Source: an uncultured delta proteobacterium (GTDB taxonomy: Bacteria; Myxococcota; Kuafuiibacteriia; Kuafuiibacteriales; Kuafuiibacteriaceae). From it: 64,000 nt of DNA. The notes under the pieces are model-generated. The model had not been told where the DNA came from and made no database searches. It saw nothing but the letters and a program-made list of their open reading frames with translations. The DNA lies in assembly GCA_963803435.1 (NCBI GenBank), contig CAWDML010000003.1, forward strand, positions 768,001-832,000, given 5' to 3'. Positions 52,603-63,255 of this stretch are shown in pieces. The position numbers and the translations under genes were made by a program. How positions within the stretch are numbered: the first letter of the stretch is position 1; every line of letters begins with the position of its first letter.

Positions 52603-52964
52603 ATGCCCGGGCGGATCGGCAACGGGTACTTCTTCGACGGCTTCGACGATCGACTCCACATCCACTACGACAGCCGCCTCGACACCACGCACGGTTTCAC
52701 CATCGCCATGTGTTCTCACTCGAGCAGCCGCGTGTCGGTCAGGCCACCACGAGAACGCCTTCATCATCATGCAGAGATCTACTGCAGCGGGCGCGAGGAC
52801 CACCTCTACTACGATATTCTTCATCGACGGTCAGGTCGCCGCCAACCAGGGACGACGCTAGGAAGCGCTCGCCGTATCTGGGCGTGATCGACGACCTTCG
52901 GATCGACGAGCGGGCCCTCGAGCCCTCCGAGATCCTGCATCTGCCCGGGTTCCCGGCCGACTGA
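52603..52964 (+). pseudogene. LamG/concanavalin-like domain fragment
   Basis: GRIGNGYFFDGFDDRL...GFTIA, IFFIDGQV and YLGVIDDLRIDERALEPSEI lie in different frames; no N-terminus. Confidence 0.55.
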
Positions 52965-52968
52965 GGAT

Positions 52969-54345
52969 TCACGCGTCCTCGTCGCTCCACCGCTCGAGGA
53001 GCTCGACGCGCACCAGCTTGCCGTTCGCGTTGCGCGGCAGCCGATGGAGCGCGCGAAAGCGCCGCGGCACCTTGAAGCCCGCCAGGTGTCGCGCGCAGTG
53101 GGACTCGAGATCGAGCCGTTCCAGCGAGGCGTTCGGTGCCAGCACGACCCACGCGGCCGGCGTCTCGTCGCTTTCCGCAGCGAGCCCCTGCGAGCGGAGT
53201 CGGAGCGGGACGCCGATCACCGCCGCGTCCAGCACTGCGGGGTGGAGGAGAAGGACCTCCTCGATCTCCTGGGGATAGATCTTCTCGCCACCCCGGATGA
53301 TCAGATCCTTCTTGCGACCGAGGAGGCGCACGTAGCCCTCCTCGATCGCGGCCAGGTCACCGGTGCGGAGCCAGCCGCCGGGAGCGATCGCGCGCTCGGA
53401 CGCGGCCCGATCGCCGAGGTATCCGCGCATCAGTGAAGGGCCGCGCACGAGGAGCTCGCCGTCCGGCTCGAGGTGGAGGTCGACGCCGTCGAGCGGGGGG
53501 CCGACGGTGCCTGGACGGTTGTCGTCGGGCGGGTTGCCGGTGACGACGGGGCCGGCCTCGGTGAGCCCGTAGGTCTGGAGGAGGGGAGTCTGCAACCTCT
53601 CTTGCAACGCTTCGACGGTGGTACGCGCGAGTGGCGCGGCGCCGGACAGCAGCGCGCGGACACTCGCGAAGTCGTCTCGGTCGGGACGGGCGCGCGCGAG
53701 CCGGGCGTAGATGGGAGCGACCGCCAGGACCAACGTCGGCCGGAGCGTGCGGGCCCGCGACGCCAGCGCAGCGGGGGCGCAGGCATGGAGCTGGGCGCCC
53801 GCGAGCAGGGTGGCGAGAACGCCAATCGTGAGGCCGAAGGAGTGGGAGAGCGAGAGCGTGGAGAGCACGACGTCGTCCGGAGCGGTCCGATAGCGCCGGT
53901 TCCAGGCCTCGGCATTGGTGATCAGGGCCGTCTCGTCCAGGAGCGCGCCCTTGGGCTGTGCCGTCGACCCGGAGGTGTAGAGGAGGAGAGCGCCCGGCCT
54001 GGGCGTGAGCGGGGTGCGGGGAGGCGGCGCCGCGGTGGGCCCGATCAGCGGACATGGAGGCGAGAGCCGCGGGTCGGGCGCGTCGTCGAAGAGGAGCTCG
54101 ACGTCCGCGTGGCGGAGAAGGCGGGCGAGCTCCTCTGGATGGAGGCGGCGATCGATCGGGAGCACGGTGGCGCCACCGGTGAGGGCGCCGAGGAGCGTGG
54201 AAGTGAGGTGGGCGAGGTCCTCGGAGCGGATCGCGACGCGCGTGGCGCCTCGCAATCGGAGCTCCGCCGCCACGGCCAGCGCGCGGCTCCTGGTCGGCTC
54301 GGGGAGCTGATCGAGGAGCTCGGAGATCCGCGTGCGGGCGTTCAC
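52969..54345 (-). CDS. AMP-dependent acyl-CoA/acyl-ACP ligase
   Basis: YTSGSTAQPKG, TYGLTE, LRTGD, GRKKDLIIRGGEKIYP, LPRNANGK. Confidence 0.92.
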   Translation of the reverse strand: MNARTRISELLDQLPEPTRSRALAVAAELRLRGATRVAIRSEDLAHLTSTLLGALTGGATVLPIDRRLHPEELARLLRHADVELLFDDAPDPRLSPPCPLIGPTAAPPPRTPLTPRPGALLLYTSGSTAQPKGALLDETALITNAEAWNRRYRTAPDDVVLSTLSLSHSFGLTIGVLATLLAGAQLHACAPAALASRARTLRPTLVLAVAPIYARLARARPDRDDFASVRALLSGAAPLARTTVEALQERLQTPLLQTYGLTEAGPVVTGNPPDDNRPGTVGPPLDGVDLHLEPDGELLVRGPSLMRGYLGDRAASERAIAPGGWLRTGDLAAIEEGYVRLLGRKKDLIIRGGEKIYPQEIEEVLLLHPAVLDAAVIGVPLRLRSQGLAAESDETPAAWVVLAPNASLERLDLESHCARHLAGFKVPRRFRALHRLPRNANGKLVRVELLERWSDEDA

Positions 54346-54390
54346 GATGCGTCGGCTCTTCTCGCGCTGCGTGGAAAACGGTCAACCCCC

Positions 54391-54702
54391 GTGATATCCG
54401 TCGAGGAGGTGGAGCGAGCCGAGCTGGAGGCCCAGATCGCGAGGCGCGAGGCCATCCTGGCCGGCCTCCGCACGATCTTGGTGGAGTCGCTGCACGTGTC
54501 TCTTCCGGGGCGCGCGATCGATCCCGACGTCATGCTCTTCGGAACGGGTCTGGCGCTCGACTCGATCGACGCGCTCGAGCTGGTCGTGGTGGCGGAGGAG
54601 GTGTTCGATGTCGAGCTACCCGATCACGACCTCGAGCGGGCGCTCCGCACGCTCAACACGCTGGCCGATCTGATCCTGGTCCGGCAGGGAGACGGCGCGT
54701 GA
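54391..54702 (+). CDS. Acyl carrier protein (aryl-polyene-type motif)
   Basis: LFGTGLALDSIDALELVV with the phosphopantetheine Ser; start approximate. Confidence 0.88.
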   Translation: MISVEEVERAELEAQIARREAILAGLRTILVESLHVSLPGRAIDPDVMLFGTGLALDSIDALELVVVAEEVFDVELPDHDLERALRTLNTLADLILVRQGDGA

Positions 54703-55667
54703 GCCTCGAGGCCGAGCACCGCGCGCTGCGGCGGGGTGTGGGGGTGAGCGTGCTGCCGCACGTCTCCTTGCGGGTGGTCTCGGGAGACGACGCCTACGAG
54801 CGCGTGGATCAGCGCGTGGCCACCCCGCTCTCGATGCGCGACGGTCAGATCCGACAGGCGGTGGTGGTCGACGCCGGCGGTCGCGTCTCGAGCGATCTGT
54901 ACGCCGGCAATGACGATGGCGACCTGGTCCTCTACGGCGAAGCGCTCCCGGAGCTGGGCGCCCGCGAGGACGTGCGGTGCCTCTCAATCAACGGCCCCTT
55001 CGCCTGGGAGCTCCTCGCCGCCCTGGAGGAGCGGGACGTGATCGGCTTTCCGTACCTCAGCTTCTACCGGCCGCGCGAAGGCTGGTGGTACTTCCGGGCC
55101 GGGAAGACCGGCGAGTTTGGCTACGATCTGTTCGTCCCCAGCGCCGACGCCGACGCGTTCTACGAGCGGATCATGGCCGCAGGTCGCGCCTTCGAGGCGA
55201 TCCCGGTGGGGCTCGCCGCGCTCCGGCTGGCAGCGCTCGAGAACGGCTTCTTCACCTTGGAGCGCGAGGGCGCGTTCGGTCTCACACCCGGCGAGCTCCA
55301 GCTGTCGTGGCGGCTCTCCTACAAGAAGCAGGACTGGCCGGAGCCGGCGCGCCGCATCACCTACTTCTTCAGTGAGGATCGCCTGACGCCGCAGGATCCG
55401 ATCCGGCTCGAGGAGGAGCGCATCGGCATGGTCCTGGTCTCGGACCGGAGCCCGCTGCTCGACCGATTCATCGGCATCGCGCTCCTCGACCGGCGCTGGG
55501 CCTACAGCGGGATCGACGCCTTCACGGCCGAGCACCAGGGCGAGCGGGTCCGCTTGATCACAGCCTCGTCACCGTTCGTCCACAACCTGAGCACGTTCCT
55601 GAAGCCGGGGCACGACTGCTTCGCTCGTCGCGATGCGATCGCATTCCCGGGTTGGAGTCGATCGTGA
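54699..55667 (+). CDS. GcvT/aminomethyltransferase-like protein
   Basis: EHRALRRGVG, SINGP, RAGKTGEFGYDL, ALENG; GTGA overlap with the ACP. Confidence 0.78.
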   Translation: MSLEAEHRALRRGVGVSVLPHVSLRVVSGDDAYERVDQRVATPLSMRDGQIRQAVVVDAGGRVSSDLYAGNDDGDLVLYGEALPELGAREDVRCLSINGPFAWELLAALEERDVIGFPYLSFYRPREGWWYFRAGKTGEFGYDLFVPSADADAFYERIMAAGRAFEAIPVGLAALRLAALENGFFTLEREGAFGLTPGELQLSWRLSYKKQDWPEPARRITYFFSEDRLTPQDPIRLEEERIGMVLVSDRSPLLDRFIGIALLDRRWAYSGIDAFTAEHQGERVRLITASSPFVHNLSTFLKPGHDCFARRDAIAFPGWSRS

Positions 55668-55701
55668 TGCCGGGTGTTGCCGCGAGAAGGAGGACGCCGA
55701 G

Positions 55702-56739
55702 ATGAAACGCCGTGAGCTCCTCAAGAGCGCGCTCGCCGTGGCGGCCAGCGGATGCGCCGCCGACCGACTCTCGACCGGGACGTCGCTCTCGACGCCCCTG
55801 CCCGCCGGTGCGCTGATCGGTCTGGACCGCGGTCTGTCCCGGATCGATGCGCCCTTCTCCAGCTTTCTTCGCCGTGAGACGCAGGATCGGGGGGCCGTGA
55901 TCCCGCCCCACCAGCAGCAGCTCCTCGCCGGCTCGCTCCGAACCTTGATGGTGGCCGGCGCGCTCCACGACCTTCCCCGGGGCGCGCACGCACATCCCGA
56001 GGTGCGGACCCGGATCTCGTCGATCATTCCCGAGGGCGCCCGCAGCCTCTACGGCATGACCCGCCACATGGAAGAGCTCGCGCCGGCGGAGCGGGTCCTG
56101 CTCCAGCGCCACCTGAGGGCGGATCCCGAGCTCCCGCTGCGCGCGGCGGAGCACCTCGACGCACTGGCGGCCTCCGCGGGCCTGGGCCCGACGTCGCGGT
56201 GGAAGCTTCGAGATCTGGCAACCCGCACCGCCTGGCGGCTCGGGCATCAACCGGTGTCCATGCTGCTCGACGACACGACCTCGCGCGTCCACAAGGCCGA
56301 GGGCCGCACCGGCGCGTTCAGCGCCGACGCGCGCCTCTCGTTGGCCCAGGTCATGGCCGGCGGTGAGGACTGGAGCGAGGAGGACGAGTACGAGGACGAG
56401 CAGCCCTACGACGAGTACGAGGAGGACCAGGCCGGCGTCGAGCAGACCGGTCCGATCGAACCGAGACCGTGGGGCGGCCGCGGTCTCGCGATCGCCGGCG
56501 GCGTCGGCGGTATCCTCGGCCTCATCGGTGGCTACGCGGCGCTCGTCTGGGCCTATCTCAACTCGATCGGCAGCGACCCGCAGGCCGGTCCGATCACGCT
56601 GGGCATCATCTCAGGGGTGACGTTCGTCGCGGGCGTGGTGGTGATGATCAGCGGGCTCGTGATGAAGAGCCGACAGGATCGACTATGGCTCGAGCGCAAC
56701 CCGGGCGCGCGCAAGCAGCGTCGTCGTCGGCGGCGCTGA
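55702..56739 (+). CDS. Tat-exported lipoprotein with acidic linker and C-terminal TM hairpin
   Basis: AAGGAGG RBS; MKRRELLKSALAVAASGC; two hydrophobic helices and a poly-Arg tail. Confidence 0.7.
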   Translation: MKRRELLKSALAVAASGCAADRLSTGTSLSTPLPAGALIGLDRGLSRIDAPFSSFLRRETQDRGAVIPPHQQQLLAGSLRTLMVAGALHDLPRGAHAHPEVRTRISSIIPEGARSLYGMTRHMEELAPAERVLLQRHLRADPELPLRAAEHLDALAASAGLGPTSRWKLRDLATRTAWRLGHQPVSMLLDDTTSRVHKAEGRTGAFSADARLSLAQVMAGGEDWSEEDEYEDEQPYDEYEEDQAGVEQTGPIEPRPWGGRGLAIAGGVGGILGLIGGYAALVWAYLNSIGSDPQAGPITLGIISGVTFVAGVVVMISGLVMKSRQDRLWLERNPGARKQRRRRRR

Positions 56740-58125
56740 CGCTCCTCTTCGCGTTTTCGTCGAGCGCCTGCCGGACGATCGTCGTCCACTACGAGTGGAG
56801 CGCGGATCGGCGCCACCTGGTGCGCGTGGTGGAGCGGGGCCTGCGCCAGTTCGTGGAGCGGGACGGTCGGAGCGAGCCGTCCTTCCAGGCGATCGGCGTG
56901 GAGTACCTCGAGGTCAGCGAGGACGGCGCGCACCTCGCATATCCGGGACAGACCGCCGGCGGCTGGGAGCTCGTGTTCGACGGCCGGAGCAGCCGCGCCT
57001 GGAAGGGTGTCGGTGAGGTCGCGCTCGGCGCCGGCGGTGCGCACCTGGCGTACGAGGCGCTCGATGCCAGGGGATGGCACGTCGTTCACGACGGCGCGGT
57101 CGGGCCGGCGGCCGACGCGATCGTGAAGAACACGCTCGTTTTCAGCCCGGACGGCGCGCGGCTCGCGTACGCGGCCATCCTGGGCGGCGCGGCGTTCCTG
57201 TTCGCCGGCGGCGCTCGCTACGGCGGATTCTCCGAGGTCGGTCGTCCGCTCTTCTCGGACGACGGCCGCCACCTGGCGTTCATCGGGGCGCGGGGCCCGC
57301 GCGTCCGCGTCCAGCTCGACGGCGCACCCCAGGCCGCGTTCGACGAGAATCGTCGAGCTTCGCTTCGCGCCGCGGGGAGGGCGTCTCGGGTACCTCGGGT
57401 TCGAGGACGGACGGTGGCACGCGGTCATCGACGGCGCGGTGGGGCCTGGCTTCGGGCTGGTCACGTCGTTGCTCTTCAGCGACGACGGCCGGCACGTCGC
57501 TTACCTGGCGCGGTCCATCGCCGAGTCGCGCTGGCAGCTCGTCGTGGACGGCGCGCTGCTGTCGTCGCACGACCGGATCCGATCACCGTGCTTCGCGGGC
57601 GACCGACCGGTCTTCGGCGCCGCGGACGGTCAGGTCTGGCGCGTCGGCGGAGGTCCTGCGCTGGACGACATCCTGGAGATCGCGTGCGGCCCCACCGGCC
57701 GGCACGTCGCCTACGTGGGAATGCTCGAGGGTCGCGCCGTCGTGTTCGAGGACGGCCGGGAGCTTGGCCGCTACGCGGAGGCGGACGCGCCGGTGTTCTC
57801 GGGCGACGGGCGGACGCTCGCGTATGTCGCCGCCGACGGCGCCGAGTCCTGGGTGCAGCTCGCAGACCGCCGCGTTCTGCTCTCCCGTCCGGTGTCGAAC
57901 ACGCTGGTGCTCTCGAACGACGGCGCGCACTTCGCGCTCCTGGCCGCCGGTCCCCGGGGAGCGCCGGCTCTCTACATCGACGGCGTGGCCGTCCGCGACT
58001 TCGACTTCGAGGAGCCGGCTGCGCTCGCCCTCAAGCGCGGAGTGGCACCGCCCGGCGATCAGTTGCGCCGCTGGATGCGCGCCGAGCTGATCGTCTACCT
58101 GGAGGAGACCGGTGCGGCCCGCTGA
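56685..58125 (+). CDS. TolB/WD40-like beta-propeller lipoprotein, frameshift near 57350
   Basis: Lipobox-like SSAC; repeated F-S-x-D-G-x-(H/R)-L-A-Y blades that continue in ORF 57439..58125. Confidence 0.72.
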
Positions 58126-60064
58126 GATCGTGATCAGCGGCGCCGGCGTCGCCTGCGCCCTCGGAACCGATCGCAGAGCGTTTGCCGAGGCGATCGCCCG
58201 CGGCGCCGACGGCCTCACCGGATCGCCTCCGATGGGCCGCCTCGCCGCTTCTCCGCCGCCTCCGCCCGATCCATGCCCGCGCCTCGCGGTGGGCGCGGCC
58301 CGCGCGGCTCTCCGGGACGCCGGCCTCGATCCGCCTCCTCCGTCGCTCGCGCTCGTCTTCGGCACGAGCGCCGGAGGTCTCGGCGCCCGCGCGCTGTTCG
58401 AGTCCGATCGCGCGCGCCACGCGGCGCTCCTTCGCGAGAGCCTGACCGAGATCCAGGTCGCCTATCTGACCTCGGCGCTCGGGGTCGGCGGCCCGGCGCT
58501 CGCGGTGACGACGGCCTGCACCGCCTCGGCCCACGCCGTCGCGCACGGTTGCCTGCTCCTCTCGGCCGGGATCGTCGACCTGGTCCTGGCCGGCGGCGCC
58601 GACGCGATCTCGGATCCGCTGGTCGCCGGGTTCAGGGCCCTCGGCGCCCTGAGCGCGGTCCCTTGCGCCCCGTTCAGCGAGCCGTTCGGGATGAGCCTGG
58701 GCGAGGGCGCCTGCTTCTTCGTGCTGGAGCGCGCCTTCGACGCCGCCGCCCGCGGCCAGGCGGCGCTGGCCCACGTGCTCGGCTACGGCCTCTCCTCGGA
58801 CGCCCACCACGCGACCGCGCCCGATCCGAGCGGCGGCGGCCTCGCCCGGGCCATGCGGGCCGCGCTGAGCCGCGCCGCGCTCTCGCCGCTCTCGGTGGGC
58901 TACGTGAGCGCGCACGGCACCGGGACCGAGGCCAACGACAGCGCCGAGATGCGGGCGATCCGGAGCGTATTCGGCGCCGCCGCCGAGGTGCTCCCGATCA
59001 GCGCCACCAAGAGCATGATCGGTCATACGCTGGGCGCCTCGGCGGCGCTCGAGTCGCTGGCGGCGATCGAGGGGATGCGCGGCGGCTTCCTCCCGCCCAC
59101 GATCCACTTCGTAGGTCCGCGCCCGGATGCGCCTCGGGATCCGATCCCACGCCCGCGCTCGGGAGCGCCCGCGATCGTGATGAAGAACAGCGCGGCCTTC
59201 GGCGGGACCAACGCGGTCCTGCTCTTCGGCCACCGACCGCCGCCGCCGGTCGCTGCGCGCTCGACCGAGGAGGTGTACGTGGTGGGGGCCTCGCTCCTGG
59301 GCGCGGACGGCGACCTCGAGGGCGTGACGCAGCGCCTCGATCTGGACGGTCTCGATCGCGCCTCTCGGCTTCTCACCACCACCGCGGCCGCCGCGCTGGC
59401 GGATGCGCGGATCCGCCTGCGCCGCCCCTTGTCGGATCGCGCTGGTCTCTTCGCGACGACCGCGCACCTGCCGTGGGACTCGACGCGCGAGTTCTTCGAG
59501 AGCGTGCGCACCCGGGGTGTTGCGCGGGCCTCGGCGCCGGCGTTCTCCCGCATGGTGATGAACGGCCCCGCCGGCGCTGCCTCCCGCATTCTCTCCCTGA
59601 AGGGGCCGCTCAGCGTCCTGGCCGGCGGCCGCGGGACCACGCTGCTCGCGCTCGTGCAAGCGAGCTTGCACTTGAGGGAAGGCGACGCGGATCTGATCGT
59701 GGTCGCCACCGCTGAAGTGGCCGACCAGGATGTCGGCCTCGTCCGCGGAGCGCAACTCCCCGGTGACGCGGCCGCGGCCGTCTGCCTGGTCGGGCGCAGG
59801 CTGCTCGAGCACGCCGGGCTCCGGCCGCTGGCGAGGATCGCAGCGGTCGCGCTCTCCGGCGGTGGCGATCCTGAGGCGGCGCTCCGCCGGCTCCCCGAGG
59901 CGCCCCGGCGCACCTTCGTCGCCGAGGGCGCGAGAGACACCGCCGACGCGCAGCTCCTGGTGGAAGCTTGCCGCTCGGTGCCCGTGCACGGTACGGCGGT
60001 GATCGCTTCGAGCGACGGCCGCTTGGCGAGCGCGGCGATCCGTCTGGCGAGCGTAGATGCGTAG
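58112..60064 (+). CDS. Beta-ketoacyl synthase fused to a degenerate KS/chain-length-factor-like domain
   Basis: TTACTAS (Cys), SAHGTGT and KSMIGH (His-His), AFGGTN; second domain (DRASRL, FSRMVMNGPAG...LKGP) lacks the Cys. Confidence 0.88.
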   Translation: MRPAEIVISGAGVACALGTDRRAFAEAIARGADGLTGSPPMGRLAASPPPPPDPCPRLAVGAARAALRDAGLDPPPPSLALVFGTSAGGLGARALFESDRARHAALLRESLTEIQVAYLTSALGVGGPALAVTTACTASAHAVAHGCLLLSAGIVDLVLAGGADAISDPLVAGFRALGALSAVPCAPFSEPFGMSLGEGACFFVLERAFDAAARGQAALAHVLGYGLSSDAHHATAPDPSGGGLARAMRAALSRAALSPLSVGYVSAHGTGTEANDSAEMRAIRSVFGAAAEVLPISATKSMIGHTLGASAALESLAAIEGMRGGFLPPTIHFVGPRPDAPRDPIPRPRSGAPAIVMKNSAAFGGTNAVLLFGHRPPPPVAARSTEEVYVVGASLLGADGDLEGVTQRLDLDGLDRASRLLTTTAAAALADARIRLRRPLSDRAGLFATTAHLPWDSTREFFESVRTRGVARASAPAFSRMVMNGPAGAASRILSLKGPLSVLAGGRGTTLLALVQASLHLREGDADLIVVATAEVADQDVGLVRGAQLPGDAAAAVCLVGRRLLEHAGLRPLARIAAVALSGGGDPEAALRRLPEAPRRTFVAEGARDTADAQLLVEACRSVPVHGTAVIASSDGRLASAAIRLASVDA

Positions 60065-61034
60065 AGCGATCATCGCCCTCTCGATCGCGGCCGCCCTGAT
60101 CGCGGCGTTCCTGCTGGGGCGCCTGCCCTCGGCGACGGACTCGGCGCGCTCCTCAGGGGTCGAGATCGACCCGCTCTCCGACGAGACCGGCGGGGCCTGG
60201 GCGCGCGTCCATGCCTCGCCCTCGGATCCCGGCGCCTGGGCGGAGCTCGGCGACGCGGAGTCGGCGGCGGGCGACCTGGTCGCCGCCGAGCACGCCTACC
60301 TCACGGCGATTCGCCTGGGCGGGGACAACGGGCTGGCCTACGCGCGCCTCGGGTTCCTCCACTACGAACGCAACGAGGATGATCGCGCGCTCGCGTTTCT
60401 GCTCGAGGCCAGACGGCGCGGGGCGCAGGTGCCCATGCTCGACTTCACGATCGAGACGCTCGAGTCGAGACACGCGGAGCCGGCCGAGATCGATCGGGGA
60501 GAGGTCAAACACGCCGCCGACGCCGGTGTCCCCGCGTCGGACGCCGGGGAGACCGACGCCTACGTACCCAAGCCGGAGGTCCCGGACGCCCCGGAGATCG
60601 CGCAGGTCTCCCCCGAGCCTCCCCCGCCGCCGCCGCCCGTGTACGACGCCTGCACCGTGCCCGCGAAGTCGATCCGGAGCGGCCGGAGCTACACCGTCGA
60701 GCTCGCGATCTACGGCCACTGGGCCGAGCTGATCATCGACACGGGCGCCAGCGTCACCGTTCTGACGCGCGCGTACGCCGATGCTGTGGGGCTGCCGCGC
60801 GATCCCCGAGCGTCGATCCGTGCCATCACCGCGAACGGCCGGGTCGAGCTTGCCACCGCGATCGTGCCCCAGGTGGTGCTCGCGGATCGCGTGGTCGAAG
60901 ACGTCCGGGTGGCGATCTGCGACGAGTGCGTCGAGTCGGTCGCCGACGGGCTGCTCGGCCTCGACCTGGTGGCCGCGTTCGGGCTGAAGCTCGATCTCGC
61001 GAACGGTACGCTTCACTTCGCCGACTGCGATTGA
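60057..61034 (+). CDS. Membrane-anchored TPR + clan AA (retropepsin-like) aspartic protease
   Basis: N-terminal TM; AWAELG and AYARLG TPRs; IIDTGAS, TANG, GLLGLD. Confidence 0.85.
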   Translation: MRRAIIALSIAAALIAAFLLGRLPSATDSARSSGVEIDPLSDETGGAWARVHASPSDPGAWAELGDAESAAGDLVAAEHAYLTAIRLGGDNGLAYARLGFLHYERNEDDRALAFLLEARRRGAQVPMLDFTIETLESRHAEPAEIDRGEVKHAADAGVPASDAGETDAYVPKPEVPDAPEIAQVSPEPPPPPPPVYDACTVPAKSIRSGRSYTVELAIYGHWAELIIDTGASVTVLTRAYADAVGLPRDPRASIRAITANGRVELATAIVPQVVLADRVVEDVRVAICDECVESVADGLLGLDLVAAFGLKLDLANGTLHFADCD

Positions 61035-61618
61035 GCCGCGGTCAGAGTCCCGGCGCGGCGGAGCTCCTCCTTGTACAGCGCCACCGCCACGAGCGCGTGC
61101 GTGATCGCTCCCGAGGCGAGGAGCGAGCCGGCGTCCCGCCACGGCACCACGACCACGCGGCACTGCTCGTGCGCGTCGAAGGCCTGCGCGCTCCTCGGCC
61201 TCGCGCCCCGCGCCAGGAAGGTGTGGCAGCGATTGTCCTGAATCGCGGGGTTGGGCTCGATCGAGCCGAGCGAGCTCCAGTCGTCGGCGGCGTACCCGGT
61301 CTCCTCCGCGAGCTCGCGCACCGCCGCCTCGAGCGGCGACTCTCCGGGGTCGACGATCCCGCCCGGAATCTCGAGCGTGACGCGCAGGACGCCCTGCCGC
61401 CACTGCTCGATCATCACCAGCTGATCGTCCTCGGTCAGAGCGATCACGTTCACCCAGTCGTTGGTCTTGAGAATGTAGAACTCGCCTTCACGCTCGGCCG
61501 CGCCCTCCTCGGCGGTGGCCTCCTGTCGCATCTGGCGGGCCTCGATCGAGAACACGCGGCAGTCGAGGAGAGTCCTCTTGTCCTCGACCTTCCAGCTCGG
61601 CACCGATCCGTCGCTCAT
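61013..61618 (-). CDS. NUDIX hydrolase (ADP-ribose pyrophosphatase-like)
   Basis: Nudix box GGIVDPGESPLEAAVRELAEETGY. Confidence 0.92.
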   Translation of the reverse strand: MSDGSVPSWKVEDKRTLLDCRVFSIEARQMRQEATAEEGAAEREGEFYILKTNDWVNVIALTEDDQLVMIEQWRQGVLRVTLEIPGGIVDPGESPLEAAVRELAEETGYAADDWSSLGSIEPNPAIQDNRCHTFLARGARPRSAQAFDAHEQCRVVVVPWRDAGSLLASGAITHALVAVALYKEELRRAGTLTAAQSQSAK

Positions 61619-61727
61619 CCCGTCTCTGTAACACCGGGCTTGGCGGGATCGAAGCGCAAGTCAGCCTGCGGTCGATCCGCACCGCCGGTAGATCGTGGGC
61701 GCGTTTGGGTGTAGCACGCCCATTGGA

Positions 61728-63255
61728 GTGACATGGTCGGGTGTCCTCTCGGGTTTGGTCCTGCTCGCGCTCGCCGGATCCGAGGCTCGCGCCGAGGTGC
61801 CGGCGATCGAAGAGAAGCAGAGCCTCGACCGCACGCTCCGTGAATATCTCTTCCTCGACGCGCAGCTCGGCCTACGCCGTCGCGACATCATCTACGCCGA
61901 GGACGCCGCCCCGGGGCCGGGCGCCCGCAACGAGCTCCGCGTCTATCTCAACGGTCAGGCGCAGTCGGGTGTCCAGGGCGCGCTGGCCGCCTACGTCGGG
62001 CTTGGCTTCGTCGGCCGGCTCACCACCGACGTCGCCGGCGATCCGATCGCGGACCCCTACGACGACCTGTCGCTCGAAAGGAGCCTGCGGGTCTTCGGCG
62101 CCTACGGCGAGTGGACGCATCGCGACGAGGATCGTCGTGCGCTGGTGACCGTCCGCGCGGGCCGGCTCTCCGACTGGGACGCGCGCGCCGCGCTCCTCAC
62201 GTACGACGGCCTGTTCGCGCGCGCCGCCCTCGGCGGTCACGCCGCCGTCACGATCTTCGGGGGCCGTCGCGCGATCCTCGATGGCGAGCTTCCCGACGAA
62301 CGCGCGCGCGCCCTGGCCCAGCTGGTCGCCGGCGCCGACGTGGAGGGCTTCTTCGGCGGCTTCTCGGCCCGGCTCGGCTATCGCCTCGAAGAGGTGCATC
62401 GCGCGCTCGCCTCGATCGGGTGGAGCGGTGACCAGGTCGAATCTCGCGCTCACCGGAGAGATGCTGCTCTCGGGCGGAAGCATCCAGCCGGCCGGCGACG
62501 AGCGGGACGACGGTCTCGCCGGGGTGGTGCGGCTCGACGGCGGCGCGCGGACGCCCTCCGGCGCCACCGCGGTGACCGGCTGGCTCGAGGCGCAGGTGGG
62601 GCGCGATCCACGGACGTTCGGCAGGGGAGGCCTCGGGCCGTCGGCCGTCGAGCTCGAACGGACGATCGGCGCTCCGATCTCGGCGGGGACCCTCGATCGT
62701 CTCTTCCTCGGTCCCGAGCTGGCCCACGTCTCGGGCGAGCTCCTCTTCGAGCAGTGGATCGTCTCCGAGCTCGCAGTCGATCTGGGCGTGTTCGGCCGGC
62801 TGCCGCTCTCCGCCGCCGATCGCCGCAGCCTGCGCCCGTCCACGCTGGAGGTCTGGCTGGGCCCGGAGATGCTGCTGGCCGGCGGGCTGCGAGCGGCGCT
62901 CGAGGCGCGCCTGTCGTTCGAGGATCCCGGTGCGTCCGGTCGCGTCTTCGCACGCGACGGCGACGGCGTCCGCCGCTCCTCGTCGCTGCGCCTGTACGCC
63001 GAGATCCCGCTGGAGCTCTCGGAGCAGGTGCTGCTCTCGATCCGTCCCGAGGGCGAGGCCTTCCTGTTCACGACCAGCGGCCCGCTCACCCGTGCCGAGA
63101 ACGAGCGCGGCTTCGCGGCTGGGCTGCTGGCCACGCTCCGGATCGCTGGGTTCAGCGTGGCGGCGCGCTACGACGTCAGCGCGCTGCCCGCGTTCGGAGG
63201 CGACGGCGTCGCCACGATCCACGAGATCGAGCTCTGGCTCGGAGGCACCTACTGA
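61728..63255 (+). CDS. Outer-membrane beta-barrel, frameshift near 62440
   Basis: Signal peptide ARA; amphipathic strands; continues in ORF 62281..63255, ending IELWLGGTY. Confidence 0.68.
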
